Source of the DNA: an uncultured Planctomycetaceae bacterium
GTDB lineage: Bacteria; Planctomycetota; Planctomycetia; Pirellulales; PALSA-1355
Assembly (NCBI GenBank): GCA_963785305.1
Contig: CAWAUV010000007.1
Coordinates: 160,001 to 224,000, forward strand
Length of the DNA stretch: 64,000 nucleotides
Reading direction: 5' to 3'
The notes beneath the pieces are model-generated. The model had not been told where the DNA came from. It did not search any database and saw nothing but the letters and a program-made list of their open reading frames with translations. A program made the position numbers and the translations under genes. Below are positions 50,439 to 63,354 of the stretch, one piece after another; position 1 is the first letter of the stretch, and every line of letters starts with the position of its first letter.

Positions 50439-51555
50439 ATGAAGATCACATGCAACCGCGAACGCCTGCTCGCCGCCTTCCAAACGGCCGCCTCGGTGGC
50501 CCCCAATCGCAGCCCCAAGCCGATCCTGCAAAATGTGAAGCTCGAGGTCGGCGACGCCGGCGCGATTCTGTTGGCCACCGATCTTGAAATCGGGGTGCGA
50601 ATCCAAGTGCCGGCCGTCGAAGTCGAAACGCCTGGCGCGGTGATCCTGCCGATCAAACGCTTCGGCGACATTCTTCGCGAAAGCGGCGACGAGCAATTGC
50701 GGCTCGAATCCGATGGCCAAGGCACGATCGTGCGCGGTCAGCGAAGCGAGTTTCGCCTCGCGGCCGAGGATCCCGCCGAGTTTCCGCCGATCGCCGCCTT
50801 TACCGAAACCAAGTTCCACGAAGCTGCCCGCCCGACTGCTCCGCGAACTCATTCGCCGCACGATCTTCGCCACCGACAATGAAAGCAGCCGCTATGCGCT
50901 CGGCGGAGTTCTGCTCGAATTCGCCGAGGACAAGATCACGGGCGTGGGCACCGACGGACGTCGGCTGGCCAAGATGGAGATCCCGGCCCGCTCCGTGGGC
51001 GGTCACCTCAGCGGCGACATGACCACGATCGTGCCCTCGCGCTCGATGCAACTGATCGAACGCGCGCTCACCGATGGCGACGCCGAGGTGCGAATCGCGG
51101 CTCGGGCGAACGAACTGATCGTCGAGAGTCCCCGGGCCACGATCTTCACCCGGCTGGTCGAAGGGCGTTTTCCCCGCTGGCGCGATGTGTTTCCGCAGCG
51201 CGAGGGTTCGACGCGCATCGAGATCACGGTCGGGCCGCTCTTGGCCGCCGTGCGTCAAGCGGCGATCGTCACCAGCGAGGAGAGCCGCGGCGTGGACTTC
51301 ACCTTCGAGTCGGGGCAGGCGCGGCTCAGCGGCCGGGCGGCTCAGATCGGCCAGTCGCGCGTCGAACTGCCCTTGGCCTATGAAGGGCCAACGATATCGA
51401 TCATGCTCGATCCGCGTTATCTGCAAGATTTCCTCAAGGTGATCGACGCGGACTCGTCGATGACGTTCGAAATCAAGGACGCAGAAAGCGCCGCCGTGTG
51501 TCGCACCGAAGATGGCTATGGATATGTCATCATGCCGCTGGCGCGAGACCAGTAA
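50439..51555 (+). CDS. dnaN: DNA polymerase III beta clamp (frameshift near 50820)
   Basis: ATDLE, TDGRRLA, RLVEGRFP and YVIMP motifs across two frames. Confidence 0.92.
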
Positions 51556-51616
51556 ATCGCGGCTGCCGCTTTTTTCCTCATCGTCGCAAGTCAAGGAAGC
51601 GAGACGAACGGACCCC

Positions 51617-51919
51617 ATGACCGGCAAACCCAAACCGATCGGCAACATACTGTCGGAGCTCATGGCGCGCCGCGGATACGCGCGGGTGATCGCGGCGGGA
51701 ATCACCGCCGAAGCATGGCGCGAGGCCGCCGGAGCGGCGCTGGCCCGGCATTCGCGAGTGGGACAATCGCGCCGCGGCGTGCTCGATGTGTTGGTCGCCA
51801 ACTCGACCTTGGCCCAAGAACTTGGTTTTCAGAAGCAAGCGATCCTGGCTCGCCTGCGGAGCTTGCAGCCAGATGAAGACATTCGCGATTTGAAAGTTCG
51901 CGTCGGCCCGCTCGACTGA
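51617..51919 (+). CDS. DUF721/DciA family protein
   Basis: W..AAG, L.V.V..S..AQEL; lies between dnaN and gyrB. Confidence 0.75.
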   Translation: MTGKPKPIGNILSELMARRGYARVIAAGITAEAWREAAGAALARHSRVGQSRRGVLDVLVANSTLAQELGFQKQAILARLRSLQPDEDIRDLKVRVGPLD

Positions 51920-51984
51920 GTCCGCTCACCGACGCCGCTTGCTCCCCATTCGCTACGATCCAAACCTCCAGGTACTTTGCTCCC

Positions 51985-54574
51985 ATGGCAGACGATCAGC
52001 AAACCCCCGACGACGCGCCCCGGCCTCCCGACGAAGGCATTCAAGACTTCGTCACCCCCAAGGTTCAAGGCGAATACGGCGCCAGTCAGATTCGCGTGCT
52101 CACCGATCTCGAGCATGTGCGGCAGCGGTCGGGCATGTATATCGGCAACACCGAGTCCGCCGGCCTGCACCACTTGGTTTACGAAACGGTCGACAACTCG
52201 ATCGACGAGGCCATGGCCGGCCATGCCCATGATATCAGCGTCGTCGTCAACGCCGACGGCTCGATCGCCGTGACCGACGATGGCCGCGGTATTCCGGTGG
52301 AAGTGCATCCGGACCTGGGCATCTCGACGCTCGAAGCCGTGATGACGAAGCTCAAGGTGGGCGGCAAGTTCGACAAGCAGGTTTACAAGACCTCGGGCGG
52401 GTTGCACGGCATCGGCGTGAAGGCGGTGAACTTTCTTTCCGAATGGTGCGAAGTCGAAGTCCGCCGCGATGGCCATGTGTATCAGCAAGAATACGAGCGC
52501 GGCGTGCCCACCGGCCCGGTGCGGCGAATGGGCAAGACCGATCGCACCGGCACGAAGACCACCTTCAAGCCCGACCATCAGATGTTCGGCGCGCTGAAGT
52601 TCGACTACAACACGCTGCACCGCCGCTTGCAGGAGCTCGCCTTTTTGAACAAGGGCGTCAAAATTTCCTTTCTCGACGAGCGCTCCGGCCAGGGCGAGAC
52701 CTTTCGATACGATCGCGGGCTCGTGCAGTTCGTCGAACATTTGAATCGCGCCAGCGAACCGCTCCACGCCGACGTGATCTATCTGCAAAAAGAACAAGAC
52801 AACGTGGGCATCGAAGTCGCGGTGCAATACACCGGCGAGTTCACCGCCAACGAGCATTCGTTCGTCAACAACATCAACACGGTCGACGGCGGAACCCATC
52901 TCTCGGGCTTTCGCTCGGCTCTCACTCGGGCCCTCTCGACCTATGGCAAGGCGCATAATTCGTTCAAGGACCTGGCGCCCACCGGCGAGGACTTTCGCGA
53001 GGGGCTCACGGCGATCGTGTCGGTGCGCGTGCCCGAGCCAAAGTTTCAGGCTCAAACCAAGGGCAAGCTCAACAACGGCGAAGTCGAGGGTATCGTCAAC
53101 TCGGTGGTCGGCGAGTATCTGACCAACTATCTCGAACAAAACCCCCGCTCGGCCAAGGCGATCGTGCAAAAGGCGATGCTCGCCGCCGAAGCGCGGGAAG
53201 CGGCCCGCAAGGCACGGGCCCTATTGCGCGAGCGGAAGGGCGCGCTCGCGGGCCATGGCTTGCCGGGCAAGCTCGCGCGATTGCAGCAGTCGCGATGTCG
53301 AGAAGTGCGAGCTCTATCTGGTCGAGGGTGATTCGGCCGGTGGTAGCGCCGAGGGCGGCCGGCTGCGCGAATATCAAGCGATCTTGCCCTTGCGCGGCAA
53401 GATCATCAACGCCTACAAATTGCGCGAGGACAAAGTGCTGGCCAACGAGGAAGTCCGCAGCATGATCTCGGCCATCGGCTCCGGAATCGGCGAGGACACC
53501 GACTTGAGCAAGCGCCGCTACGGCAAGATCGTGATCATGACCGACGCCGATGTCGATGGCTCGCATATTCGCACCTTGCTGCTCACCTTCTTCTATCGGC
53601 AGATGTACGATCTGGTGAGCGGAGGCCATGTGTATGTCGCCCAGCCGCCGCTGTTTCGCGTGAAAACAAAGCGTAAGACCTACTATGTGCAAACCGAGGA
53701 GGAGATGAAGAACCAGCTCTTGGAACACGGCCTGGGCGACGCGACTTTCGAGCCCGGCGATGGTCGCCGGATCGAGGGCGAGGACATGAAGCGGCTCGCC
53801 CGCACCCTGGCTTCGATGGAGGATTCGCTCACGGCGCTCGAGCGCCGCGGCGTGAGCCTGCGGACCCATGCCCTGCGGCAAGATCCGGTGAGCGGCAAGT
53901 TGCCGATCTATCACGTGTTTCTAGGAACCCAGGAACATTGGTTTTCCACGGCCGACGAACTGAATAAGTTCGTCTCCGCGCAAGAAGTCGCGGCCGGTGG
54001 CGAGCTGAAAGTGAGCGACGAGCCCGCGGACGGTAAATCTCCGCCCGCCGGCGGTCCGGTAGCGCCCGTGCAAAAACCGACATCGCCCCCGCTGGCCAAC
54101 GGCGCGGCGCCCGCGGGCGAGGGGGCCGGTGAATCTCAAAGTTCACAGCTTCGCGTCGTCGATCTGCATGAAGTGCGCACCGTGAATTCGATGTTGGCCG
54201 AACTGGCCAAGCTCGGTTTCTCGATCTCCGATCTGATTCCGCAGGAGCGCACCGGAGTCGAGGAGCCCCGCTTCGTGCTTCGCCGCGGCGAACATGCCAC
54301 CGGCCTCGACGATCTCCGCGGGCTCTTGCCGGCGATCCGAGCCGCGGGCGAGCGGGGCTTGCATGTGACCCGCTTCAAAGGTTTGGGCGAAATGAACGCC
54401 GAGGAGCTGCGCGAAACAACGCTCGACCCGGCGAACCGCACCCTTTTGAAAGTCAGCATGAACGACGCCGGTTCGGCCGACGAGCTCTTCCGAGTGCTGA
54501 TGGGCGACAAAGTCGAACCCCGCCGCGAGTTCATCGAAAAACACGCCCTCGAAGCTCGCAATCTCGATGTTTAA
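51985..54574 (+). CDS. gyrB: DNA gyrase subunit B (frameshift near 53275)
   Basis: [28 protein letters not shown] and RFKGLGEMN motifs. Confidence 0.95.
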
Positions 54575-54740
54575 ACCCCAAGAGCGGCGTGGGACGCGAA
54601 TCCTGTCAATTCAGACATAAAACCTGCCAAGGCGGGACACATTTGCTGTCGCACGGCACGGCAATTTGCCGCGGATTTTGCGTGGCCACCACCCTGGCTT
54701 CGGGCTTGATTCCTGGCATCCGTCGGACGAAAATGCCGGT

Positions 54741-54971
54741 ATGTTAATTCATGGTCGAGTGCATGACGGCGTGGTCGTTTTGGAAGGCGGCCAGACCTTG
54801 CCAGAAGGCATGCAGGTAACCATCTCCTGTCCGGCTACGCCGAGTTCGTCACTGGCCGAACCGAAGCGCCGGGTTAATTTGCCGCTCGTGCCGTCCAAGC
54901 GCCCCGGTAGCTTGAAATTAACCGCTGAACGGGTCGCCGAGATTCTGGACGAAGATGATGTTTCTGCCTGA
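54741..54971 (+). CDS. Probable antitoxin
   Basis: HGRVHDGVVVL...LPEG..V; overlaps the PIN gene start. Confidence 0.6.
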   Translation: MLIHGRVHDGVVVLEGGQTLPEGMQVTISCPATPSSSLAEPKRRVNLPLVPSKRPGSLKLTAERVAEILDEDDVSA

Positions 54972-55380
54972 CGTCAATCTTTGGCTGGCCTTGGGATTCA
55001 GCCAACATGTCCATCATGTGGCCGCCAAAAATTGATTCGAGACCGTGCCAGAGCAGGCGTGTTCTTTTTGTAGACTTACTCAGCAAGGATTTCTTAGGCT
55101 GGCATCGAATCCCAAGGTTTTCGGCGACGAAGCAGTGTCGCTTGCGGATGCTTGGCGACTTTACGACGCGCTTGTCATCGATCCCCGGGTTGCATTCTCT
55201 GAGGAGCCGGCGGAACTGGAGGCGTCATGGCGACAATATACGCGAAGGGATTCGTTCTCTCCTAAAGTTTGAAACGACGCGTATTTGGCGGCATTCGCCC
55301 GAACTGCGTCGTGTGAGTTGGTCACCTTCGACAAAGGGTTCAAAGCTTACCAGGATGTGAGCTGCAGTATTCTTGGGTAG
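54958..55380 (+). pseudogene. vapC: VapC/PIN toxin interrupted by two in-frame TGA codons
   Basis: LPDVNLWLAL...DAYLAAFA...LVTFDKGF; TGA at 55033 and 55270. Confidence 0.8.
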
Positions 55381-55692
55381 CCGCGAAGCTCGACTGGCGG
55401 CGAGGGCAAATCATCCGGACGGCCTTACTTGCACATAACGAACTTCTGTCCAGGGTCGGTCGGAGCGAATATTCTGAGTTTTGATACCCAATTCTTTTTG
55501 GGGGTGGTTGGGGCATTGCGTGGGCATGCCCTGCCGCCGTGGTCGAAGAAAACAACGGACGAGTGAGCTGGCCACGGTAAAGGATATTTGTCCGAACCGA
55601 ACGTAAGTCCTTTGGGATCGGCGCCGCTTCGGACAATACTGTATGTCCGGCGCCAACGCGCGGGCGGAAAAAGCTCGAAATTAGCGCCGTCG

Positions 55693-57402
55693 TCAACCCG
55701 CGCCGAAGCGTTCGACCAGGAAACCGCGGAGCGCTTCGACATCGAGGCTGTCGGAGCGCCAGGCGATATAGCCATCGGGGCGGATCAAGAATAGGGCCCG
55801 AGGCGATTCGGGGCTCACGCCGTAAGCGGCGAAGATTTGGCCCGACTCGGCCCGATGGATCCGTGGATCGCGGCCGATGAGCGAATGCGTCACCAAGTGC
55901 GGCGTGAGCTCCAGGCCCAGCGATCGAGGCAGCGAGATGAGCGAATCGGTGAGCTTCGCGATCTCCTCGCCATCGAGCGACAGCCGCGAGAGCGCGAGCA
56001 CATGGAAGCGATAACCCCCGATGAGCGAGAACAGATCGACGCCGCGGGCAATCGCCGCGTTGGGCGCCCGATGCCCGGCCGTGAGACCGGTGGTCCATTC
56101 CCGGGGCGCCGCGGCGCTCGAGGCGTCGCGCACCCATGGGCTGTCGTAATATCGGATGCCAAGCTGCGAAATGAAGTGAAACGCGCGGGCCCGCATCATG
56201 CCGCTTTTCGAGATCATGCCGGCGAAGAGCGGCACGAGCCGGTTGCGGAGCGCCGACTTCCAACCGGTTTGCGTGACCATGTTGGAAAACAGCTTGTCGG
56301 TGTAGCGCAGCACATGTTCACCCACCGGGCGCCGCTCGTCATTGTAGGTGTCGAGCAATCCCGGCGGCGCGTGGCCGCGCATGACGAGCGCGAGTTTCCA
56401 AACCAAGTTCGCGGCGTCTTGCAGGCCGGTGTTCATGCCTTGCCCGCCGGCGGGGCTATGGATGTGCGCGGCGTCGCCGGCAACGAAGACGCGCCCCACG
56501 CGGTAGCGATCGACCCCGCGATGATGCACGCGATAGCGCGTGAGCCAAGTGGCGTCGCTCAGGGTGACATCGAGCCCCACGGCCGCTGCGAAGACCGCTT
56601 GCACTTCGGCCAGGGTCGTGGGCGAGGAGCCTTGCCCTTCGATGCCGGTCGGCGCGTCGGCCACGTCCGACGGAATCATCGCCACCACTCGGCAGATGTT
56701 CTTGCCTCGTAGCGGCAGATATACCGCGAAATGATTCTCTTTCAAAAACAGCTTGAAATGCGAATAGTCGAGCGGCCAGTCGATCTTGCAATCGGCCAAG
56801 AGCATGTTTTGCGGATAGGGCGCTCCCTCGAACCGCAGGCCGAGCGAGCGGCGCACGATACTATGCGCCCCATCGGCCCCGATCGCATAAGCCGCCGAGA
56901 GCGAGCCCTCGCTGCCCGAGCCATCGACATAGCGCGCCACGACGCTCTGGCTCGACTGTTCGATCGCGGTCACGCGCCGGCCGCGCTCGACCTCGAGGCC
57001 ATGTTCCTTGAGGTCCTCGACCAACAGGGCTTCGATCTCGCTCTGGGGAACCATGAGCAAGAAGGAGTAGGGCGTGTCTTGCCGGCCGATGTCGTCGAAA
57101 TTCAACTCGGCCGCTTGTTTGCCGTCGACATAGATTTGGGCGCCGGTGGCCATCACCCCGCGATCAAGAAACCGTTCGGCCAGCCCCAGACTCAGCAGCA
57201 GCTCGAGGCTCTTCGCTTGCAGCCCAAAGGCTCGCGATTCGTGAGCTGGTTGCTCGCTCTTGTCGAGGATTCGGGTCCTAAGGCCGCAGCGCGCCAAGAG
57301 GGCCGCCGCCATGAGCCCGGTCGGCCCGGCGCCGATGATCACCACATCCGTGTCGAGCGGCTGGCCGGTTATCGGCGCCGCGCCCTGGGGTTCGCTCTCC
57401 AT
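55693..57402 (-). CDS. FAD-dependent monooxygenase
   Basis: GAGPTG, GADGAHS and GDAAHIHSPAGGQGMN motifs. Confidence 0.9.
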   Translation of the reverse strand: MESEPQGAAPITGQPLDTDVVIIGAGPTGLMAAALLARCGLRTRILDKSEQPAHESRAFGLQAKSLELLLSLGLAERFLDRGVMATGAQIYVDGKQAAELNFDDIGRQDTPYSFLLMVPQSEIEALLVEDLKEHGLEVERGRRVTAIEQSSQSVVARYVDGSGSEGSLSAAYAIGADGAHSIVRRSLGLRFEGAPYPQNMLLADCKIDWPLDYSHFKLFLKENHFAVYLPLRGKNICRVVAMIPSDVADAPTGIEGQGSSPTTLAEVQAVFAAAVGLDVTLSDATWLTRYRVHHRGVDRYRVGRVFVAGDAAHIHSPAGGQGMNTGLQDAANLVWKLALVMRGHAPPGLLDTYNDERRPVGEHVLRYTDKLFSNMVTQTGWKSALRNRLVPLFAGMISKSGMMRARAFHFISQLGIRYYDSPWVRDASSAAAPREWTTGLTAGHRAPNAAIARGVDLFSLIGGYRFHVLALSRLSLDGEEIAKLTDSLISLPRSLGLELTPHLVTHSLIGRDPRIHRAESGQIFAAYGVSPESPRALFLIRPDGYIAWRSDSLDVEALRGFLVERFGAG

Positions 57403-57412
57403 CGCTTCTCCC

Positions 57413-60241
57413 TTACCATGCGAGTTCCTCGATCAATTGGGCCCGATGGTCATGGAAGATCAGGGGCACGAGCAGCTCCATCTCTCCCAGCTTTCGGAGC
57501 ACCGGCGTCGCGTTTCCTCGTGGCTGCGAGATTCGCAGGCGCCAGTCGCCGTTGATCCGAAACTCGCCGCCTTCGAGCGCTTCGATTGTAGGCGCGCGGG
57601 CCGCCAGGAAATAGACCTCGGCATTGGGCGCCGGACCTTCGATCGCCAGCGTGCGGCGGAATCCCGGGTCGCGCCGCTCGCCGCCAGCGGCAAACGGAAT
57701 TGGCGTATCGCGGATTTGCAATTCGCCAAAGCGGTAGGCAAAGGTCGGCCGCCGCTCGCGATCCAGATGATAGCCCTCGAATTGATAGCCCTGCTGCTTG
57801 GCGTCGAGCGTGGGCCAGGGCGTGGTCGCCGGATCGGCCAGCACGGCCAGTGGCGTGGCTTTGACGAGCGAGAGCACATGATCGCCCAGCGGCGGTTGAT
57901 ATCCTTCGCCGCGTCCCGACCAGTGGCGCGAGGCGTCGATAAAGCCGCCATGCCACACGAGGGCGAGCCGCATGGTTTCGGCGTCGAACGCGAGATTGGC
58001 TTTCTCGGGATATCCGACGCCAATGGCCCGCGCCCGGCGCCTTCGATAAAGTTGCGATAGATCACGGGCTCCTTGTCGGCGACCAGCTCGATTTGCGTGC
58101 CGCCCAAACCGCGCGGCGGAGGCGCCTTGTCGCCATCGGCCAGATACAGCCACACGGCTTCGATCTGCCGCCGAGCGTCGCCCCCAAGCACTTTGCGATA
58201 AAACACTTGCCCATCGGGCCAAGCGGCCGGCATCCGCGTGCCGGGACGATACGCTTGCGGGTTCAGCAGATAGCGCGAGAACCAATCGTGGCGCAGGCGC
58301 TGGGTCATGCGGGTCATGTTCATCGAGCGAATGCCCTTGCTGGGCAGTTTGCCGAAGTCATGGCAATTGATGCAACTCAGCCCCGGCGCTTCGGGAGTTC
58401 CCGCGCCCACGAGCATGCGGCCATCGGCCTTGGCTCGCGACAGCTCGCTAGCGGCGAATTCCGGAGCCGGCGGCGAATCCTTGGCGTCGGTCTTATGCAG
58501 CAGCGCGGCGAGTTGCTGGAGATTGCCCCCGCCGAACTTCGGCATGTGCGTGAGCATATAGGGCCGGTCCTCGCCGCCGTTGTCGAAAATGTGGCGAATG
58601 TATTCCTCGCGCAGCTTGTCGCCCACGCCCGTGAGCGGCGGCGGAATTCGTCCTTCGTCGCCCATTTCGGGCTGCGTGGTTTTGAAAAACGCATTGCGAT
58701 CCGCCTCGACGCCGCCGCGACCGTCGCGCGCGTGGCAGGCGTAGCAGTTCATGGCCATCAGCGTGCGATGGATGTCGTCGGCCGGCGTGAGCGATGCGGC
58801 CGGCTCTTGCCCAAAGGCTCGCACCGCGGCGCCCAGCGAGTCGAGCTCGGCGTCGCTCAAGGCGAACTGCGGTATTCCAGGCGAGGCCGCGGCATTGAGG
58901 CAGCCAGCGCCATTGCGCAGCTTCGAGAGCGGCCGGGCCGAGAGCGTGCTGGCCACATGTTTGCCATCGTGTTTCATTTCATGGCACGCCGCGCAGCCCA
59001 GCGAGGCAAACAGCTCGCGCCCCTGCTTCACCAGGGCCGGATCGATTGTAAACGCCTTCACATCGTCGTGTCCGGGCTGGCGGTCGAGCGTCACATGCGC
59101 GGCCAGCGGCGCCCGCTCGATCCCGGGTCCGGAAAACTCGACCTCGAGTTCCGCTTCGCCGCCGGCTTGAAAGTATTGCACTTCGATCGGATGGGGGCCG
59201 GGCTCCAGATGGCGGCGGCCCTCGAAGAACTGAAAGCCATGCACGCCATCGCCATCGACGACCATCTCGCCATCGATGAATAGCCGCACGCCATCGTCGC
59301 CGCCGGCATAAAACGTGTAGTCGCCCGATTTGTCGATTTGGAGAAAGCCGACGAAGCGAAGGCCGAAGTTTTCCGTCGCCCCGGCCAAGCTCGGCTGAAT
59401 GCCAACAACGGCGCCCGACTCGGCCACCGCCGCTTTGTCGAGCTCGGTGAGATTCGAGAAACTGCCGCGGTAGAGCGTGTATTTGAAATTGGGGGGCGCT
59501 TTTGCGCGCCGCTGGGCGGTCCGGCGCCGGCTAGGTATTGCGCGATCCCGCGAGCTTGTTCCATCGTGAGTTTCAAATTTGGCATGCGTCCGCTGGGGCG
59601 AACCTTGAGGGGATCGAGCAAAAAGGCTTCCAGCGAACCGGCGCTATACTTGGCCTCCACGGCGTCGAGCGACTTCGCGTCGGCCGGCTTCGCCGCGCCC
59701 GCTTCGCGCGGACCATGACACGCCACGCAGCCCACGGTGGCGAAGAGCTCTTGGCCCTGCTTGGCCGCCTTCGGGTTTTCTTTCCCCTCGGTCACGACAC
59801 CGGTCGAGGCGAGATAATGCACCAGCGCCTCGACCGTGCCCGCCGCGGCCTCGGGCTTGAGATGCGCGAACAGGCTCGGCATGGTCGTGCCGGGCGAAGT
59901 GGCTTGCGGATTGGCGATGAATCCGCGGAGATAGTCGACTCGCACCCGCGCCGACATGCTCGAGATTGGGCGCCGCTTTCTTCAAGAGCCGCGGCTTCCA
60001 GACGTCGGAGGGCTGATGACATTGCGCAGCCCAATTCGCCGATGAGCGTCAGCCCGCCGTTGAGCACATCGGCCGGCCGCTGCTCGTCGCGAAATCGCTC
60101 GAACCCCGGCACGACCGCATGCGCAGCTTTCGGCGGCCACGGCCGCGCCGCCCAGGCTGCCCAGCAGCAGCGAGCCCGCCACCAGCGCGAAGCTCGCAAC
60201 CCGGCAAGCCGAGGCGTCGAGCCAGGTCGATCGAGCCGCAT
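57413..60241 (-). CDS. Multi-haem cytochrome c / PA14-domain protein (several frameshifts)
   Basis: CVACH, CAACH, CYACH and CINCH motifs; DDGVRLFIDG PA14-like segment. Confidence 0.75.
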
Positions 60242-60497
60242 GTCGAACCGTTTTGAATAAACCTTGGGATGCGTGAAGGGAGAATTGGCGAATGCGGGAC
60301 ATGGGCGGGGCAACCTCAAAGCGTTTTCAGGAGGGTGAGCAACACGAGCGCGGAAGGACAAAGCAGCGAGAGCGACGCCGCCGGCCGCAAGCCGACTCGC
60401 CCCCGAGCCGGGCTCTAGCCTAATCCACCCAAAACCCAAAAGCCAGCATCCCGAAAAGCGGCCGTGAAAAAGCGAAGTGAACAACCGCGGCGAGCGT

Positions 60498-62440
60498 TTA
60501 GAGTTGCTCGTAGCGCTCCACTTGTTCCGCCACCGAGGCCAGGCTCGTGCGCCAAAAGTCGGGGCGGGTGATGTCGATGCCGAAGCGGGCGGCTAGCGGC
60601 GCCGCGTCGTCTTCGCCCGTCGAACGCAGCAATTGCCGGTAGCGATCAACGAAAGACGCCCCATCTTGATGATAGACCGCATACAACCCTTGGGCAAACA
60701 GTTGCCCGAAGGCGTAGGGGAAGTTGTAGAAATTGCTCGTGTGCTGGTAGTAATGCGGCTTCCACAGCCACATATAAGGTTGATACGTGGCTGGCTCGAC
60801 CGCCTCGGCATAGGTGTCTCGCTGTGCGGCGAGCATCAGCTCGCACAACTCGTCGGCGCTGAGCTCGCTCTTGGCCCGCCGCTCGAGCACGGCCGACTCG
60901 AACTGAAAGCGGCACGAAATATCCAGGCACACTTGGGTCGCGCCGCAAAGCTGCGATTCCAAGATCGCCAGCCGCTCGGCCGGCGCGGCCTGGGCCAGCG
61001 TGGCTTCGGCCACGAGCGTTTCGCAAAAGATGCTCGCCGTCTCGGCCAGCGCCATGGGCGAGCCGCGCCGCAGCGGCTCGAGGCCGCGCTGGCATTCGTT
61101 GTGGTAGCCGTGGCCGAGCTCGTGCGCCAGGGTGCTCACTTGCTCGTAGCTACCGTCGAAGTTCATCAAAATGCGACTTTCCTCGACCCCCACCACTCCC
61201 ATGCAAAACGCCCCGCCGCGCTTGCCGTCGCGCGGCGCGGCGTCGACCCAGCGCTCGTCGAACGCTCGCCGGGCATAGCGGCCCAGATCGTCGCTAAAAT
61301 CGCTGAATCGGTCGACCAGAAAATCGCACGCCTCGGGCCACGTGAATCGCATGCTCGACTCGCCCACCGGCGCGAACAGGTCCCACCACCGCAGCCGCTC
61401 GAGACCCAGCTTGCGGGCCTTGGCCCGCAAATAGCGGCGAAACACGGGAAACGACTCGCGAATGGCCCCGAGCAGCGCGTCGAGCGTCGGCCGGTCGATG
61501 CGGTTCTGCTCGAGCGATTCGTCGAGCACGCTCGGGCGCCCACGATGCCGGGCCAGCGTGAGCGATGTGCCCTTGACCGAGTTGATCGCCGCCGCGACCG
61601 GAGTGCGCACCGAGTGCCAAGCTGCGACCTCGGCGTGATAGGCTCGCTCGCGCAGGGCGGCGTCGGGATGATACGCGTAGTTATGCACGACCGTGACCGG
61701 CAACGATTCGACGGCGACCTCGTCCATGCCAGCGCCTTCGCGCTGGAGCGATGCCTTGAGCTGGCTGGTCACGGCGCCTTGCAGCCGCGAAAACGCCACG
61801 GCCGCGTCGAGGCACAGCTCGGCGGCGAGTCGCTCGAGCTCCTCGGGCATTAGAAATCGACTGCGGCGAGCGGCGTCGAGCAGATAGTAACGATGCGACT
61901 CGAGCGCGGGCGCTCGGCGATGATCTCCGGCAACCGCGGGCCGATGGCGCCCAACCAGCCGAGCAGCCGCACATCGAGTTGCTCGCGGCGCGTGCCGATG
62001 ATTTCGAGGCGCGAGGTCTCGCGGGCGGCGAGCGCGTTGTAGCTATCGGTGGTGAGAAACGCGTGGACAAACGAATCGAGCGTGCCGACGAGCCGCGCCA
62101 GATTGTTCAACCCGGCCAGGGCCAGTTCGAGCGAGCCCGCGATTGCGCCGTGCGGCGCCGCGGCGAGTGCGGCGGCTTCCGCGGCGCTTGGTCGGCGAAT
62201 GCCGCGCTGGTCGAAAGCGAGCGCGAGTGCTTCGAGGTCGCGTTCTAATTGGGCAAAGGCCCCGCGATAGTCCTCGGCCTCGAGCCCGGAATAGATATTG
62301 GCCGTGTTCCAGCGCGGCAAGTCGGGTTGTGGCCCGTCCGAGCGCGGCGCGTCGGAGTGTGGGCTGTCGATGGGCGAGGCCGAATCGCTTGGCGCCCTAC
62401 GACTGGTCGCCGCGTTTCGAGGCGCGTTGCCTCGGGGCAC
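60498..62440 (-). CDS. M3B oligoendopeptidase F (frameshift near 61880)
   Basis: GKRGGAFC, HELGHGYH, AETAS and FYNFPY motifs. Confidence 0.88.
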
Positions 62441-63001
62441 ATTATCATGGGGCGCGCTGTCTCGGGCGCACTGTCAGACATGCGATTGCTCCGCCTGGGC
62501 AGGGAAAAAGCCGAACTGCCGCTTCGTGTCGCGCTCCCGAGATCCAGGGCCCCCGAATTTCAGGCCCCCGAGATTCAGGTGCGAATGTCCTTGCGTTTCG
62601 CGCGGCGGGCCTTGCTATTGGCGGGCCGACGGCCATGGTTGGCCTTCTTCAATGTGCGATGCGGTTTGGCCATGAGAGTCGCTCCAAGCTTCGAATGGAT
62701 CGAGGTTATTCGCAAAAGCCGCGGGAAATGCAGCATCCGATTCAAGGGAATCGGTCAATTTAGCATCCCCCCGCCCCGGCGCGAAGCCCACGCGGGAAGG
62801 GAGATTTTGGTACGCGGCCGGCGCCGTCGAGAACAGGGCCCCGGCGGAGCAAGAGCGGGCCGATAGCGAAGTGTTTCGCGGCGTCGCGGCCGAAAAAAAA
62901 TGGTCTGGACACGCGGCGTCAACGGCGCCAGACTCCTGCCGCCCCACGCATATCTCTCGCGGTTCGCGTCTCTCGATTCTCGGGGAAAGGTTTGGCGTTG
63001 T

Positions 63002-63232
63002 ATGAAGGCCGCCTTCAAAGTGTGCGCCTCCGCTTGCGCTCGGATCGTCGCGGTCTGCATGCTCTGCTCGCTGCTATCGGGCTGCGGACTCTGGAGCCGC
63101 AGGCATTCGCCGGCCGACCCGGCCGCCGCCGCCGAGGCCAAAAAGCCCCCCGCGTGGCTCGAAGCGCTGCGCGTCGACCGCCTGCGCGACGAACGCGCGC
63201 TCGAAGTGGAACGGCATCTGGGCGGAAGCTAA
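63002..63232 (+). CDS. Small lipoprotein
   Basis: Signal peptide with LLSGC lipobox. Confidence 0.55.
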   Translation: MKAAFKVCASACARIVAVCMLCSLLSGCGLWSRRHSPADPAAAAEAKKPPAWLEALRVDRLRDERALEVERHLGGS

Positions 63233-63354
63233 AATAACGCCTTCCAAGCGAATCGGCGCCGGTTCCCGCGACACGTTGGCCCGGTTTGCCCCCGTGGGCA
63301 GACGCGGCCGTTCGCCCTTCGCGTTGTTTCATGTTTCCGAAGGGGAGGCTGACC

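Noticed and set aside
50439..54574. Frameshifts in dnaN and gyrB (also flhF, flhG, the M3 peptidase, the cytochrome c gene, HigA-IrrE, the IS1 transposase and the head-tail gene) as pseudogenes or recoding sites
   Set aside because: Essential genes are affected and single-base indels are scattered throughout, so assembly error is the simplest explanation; read data are needed.
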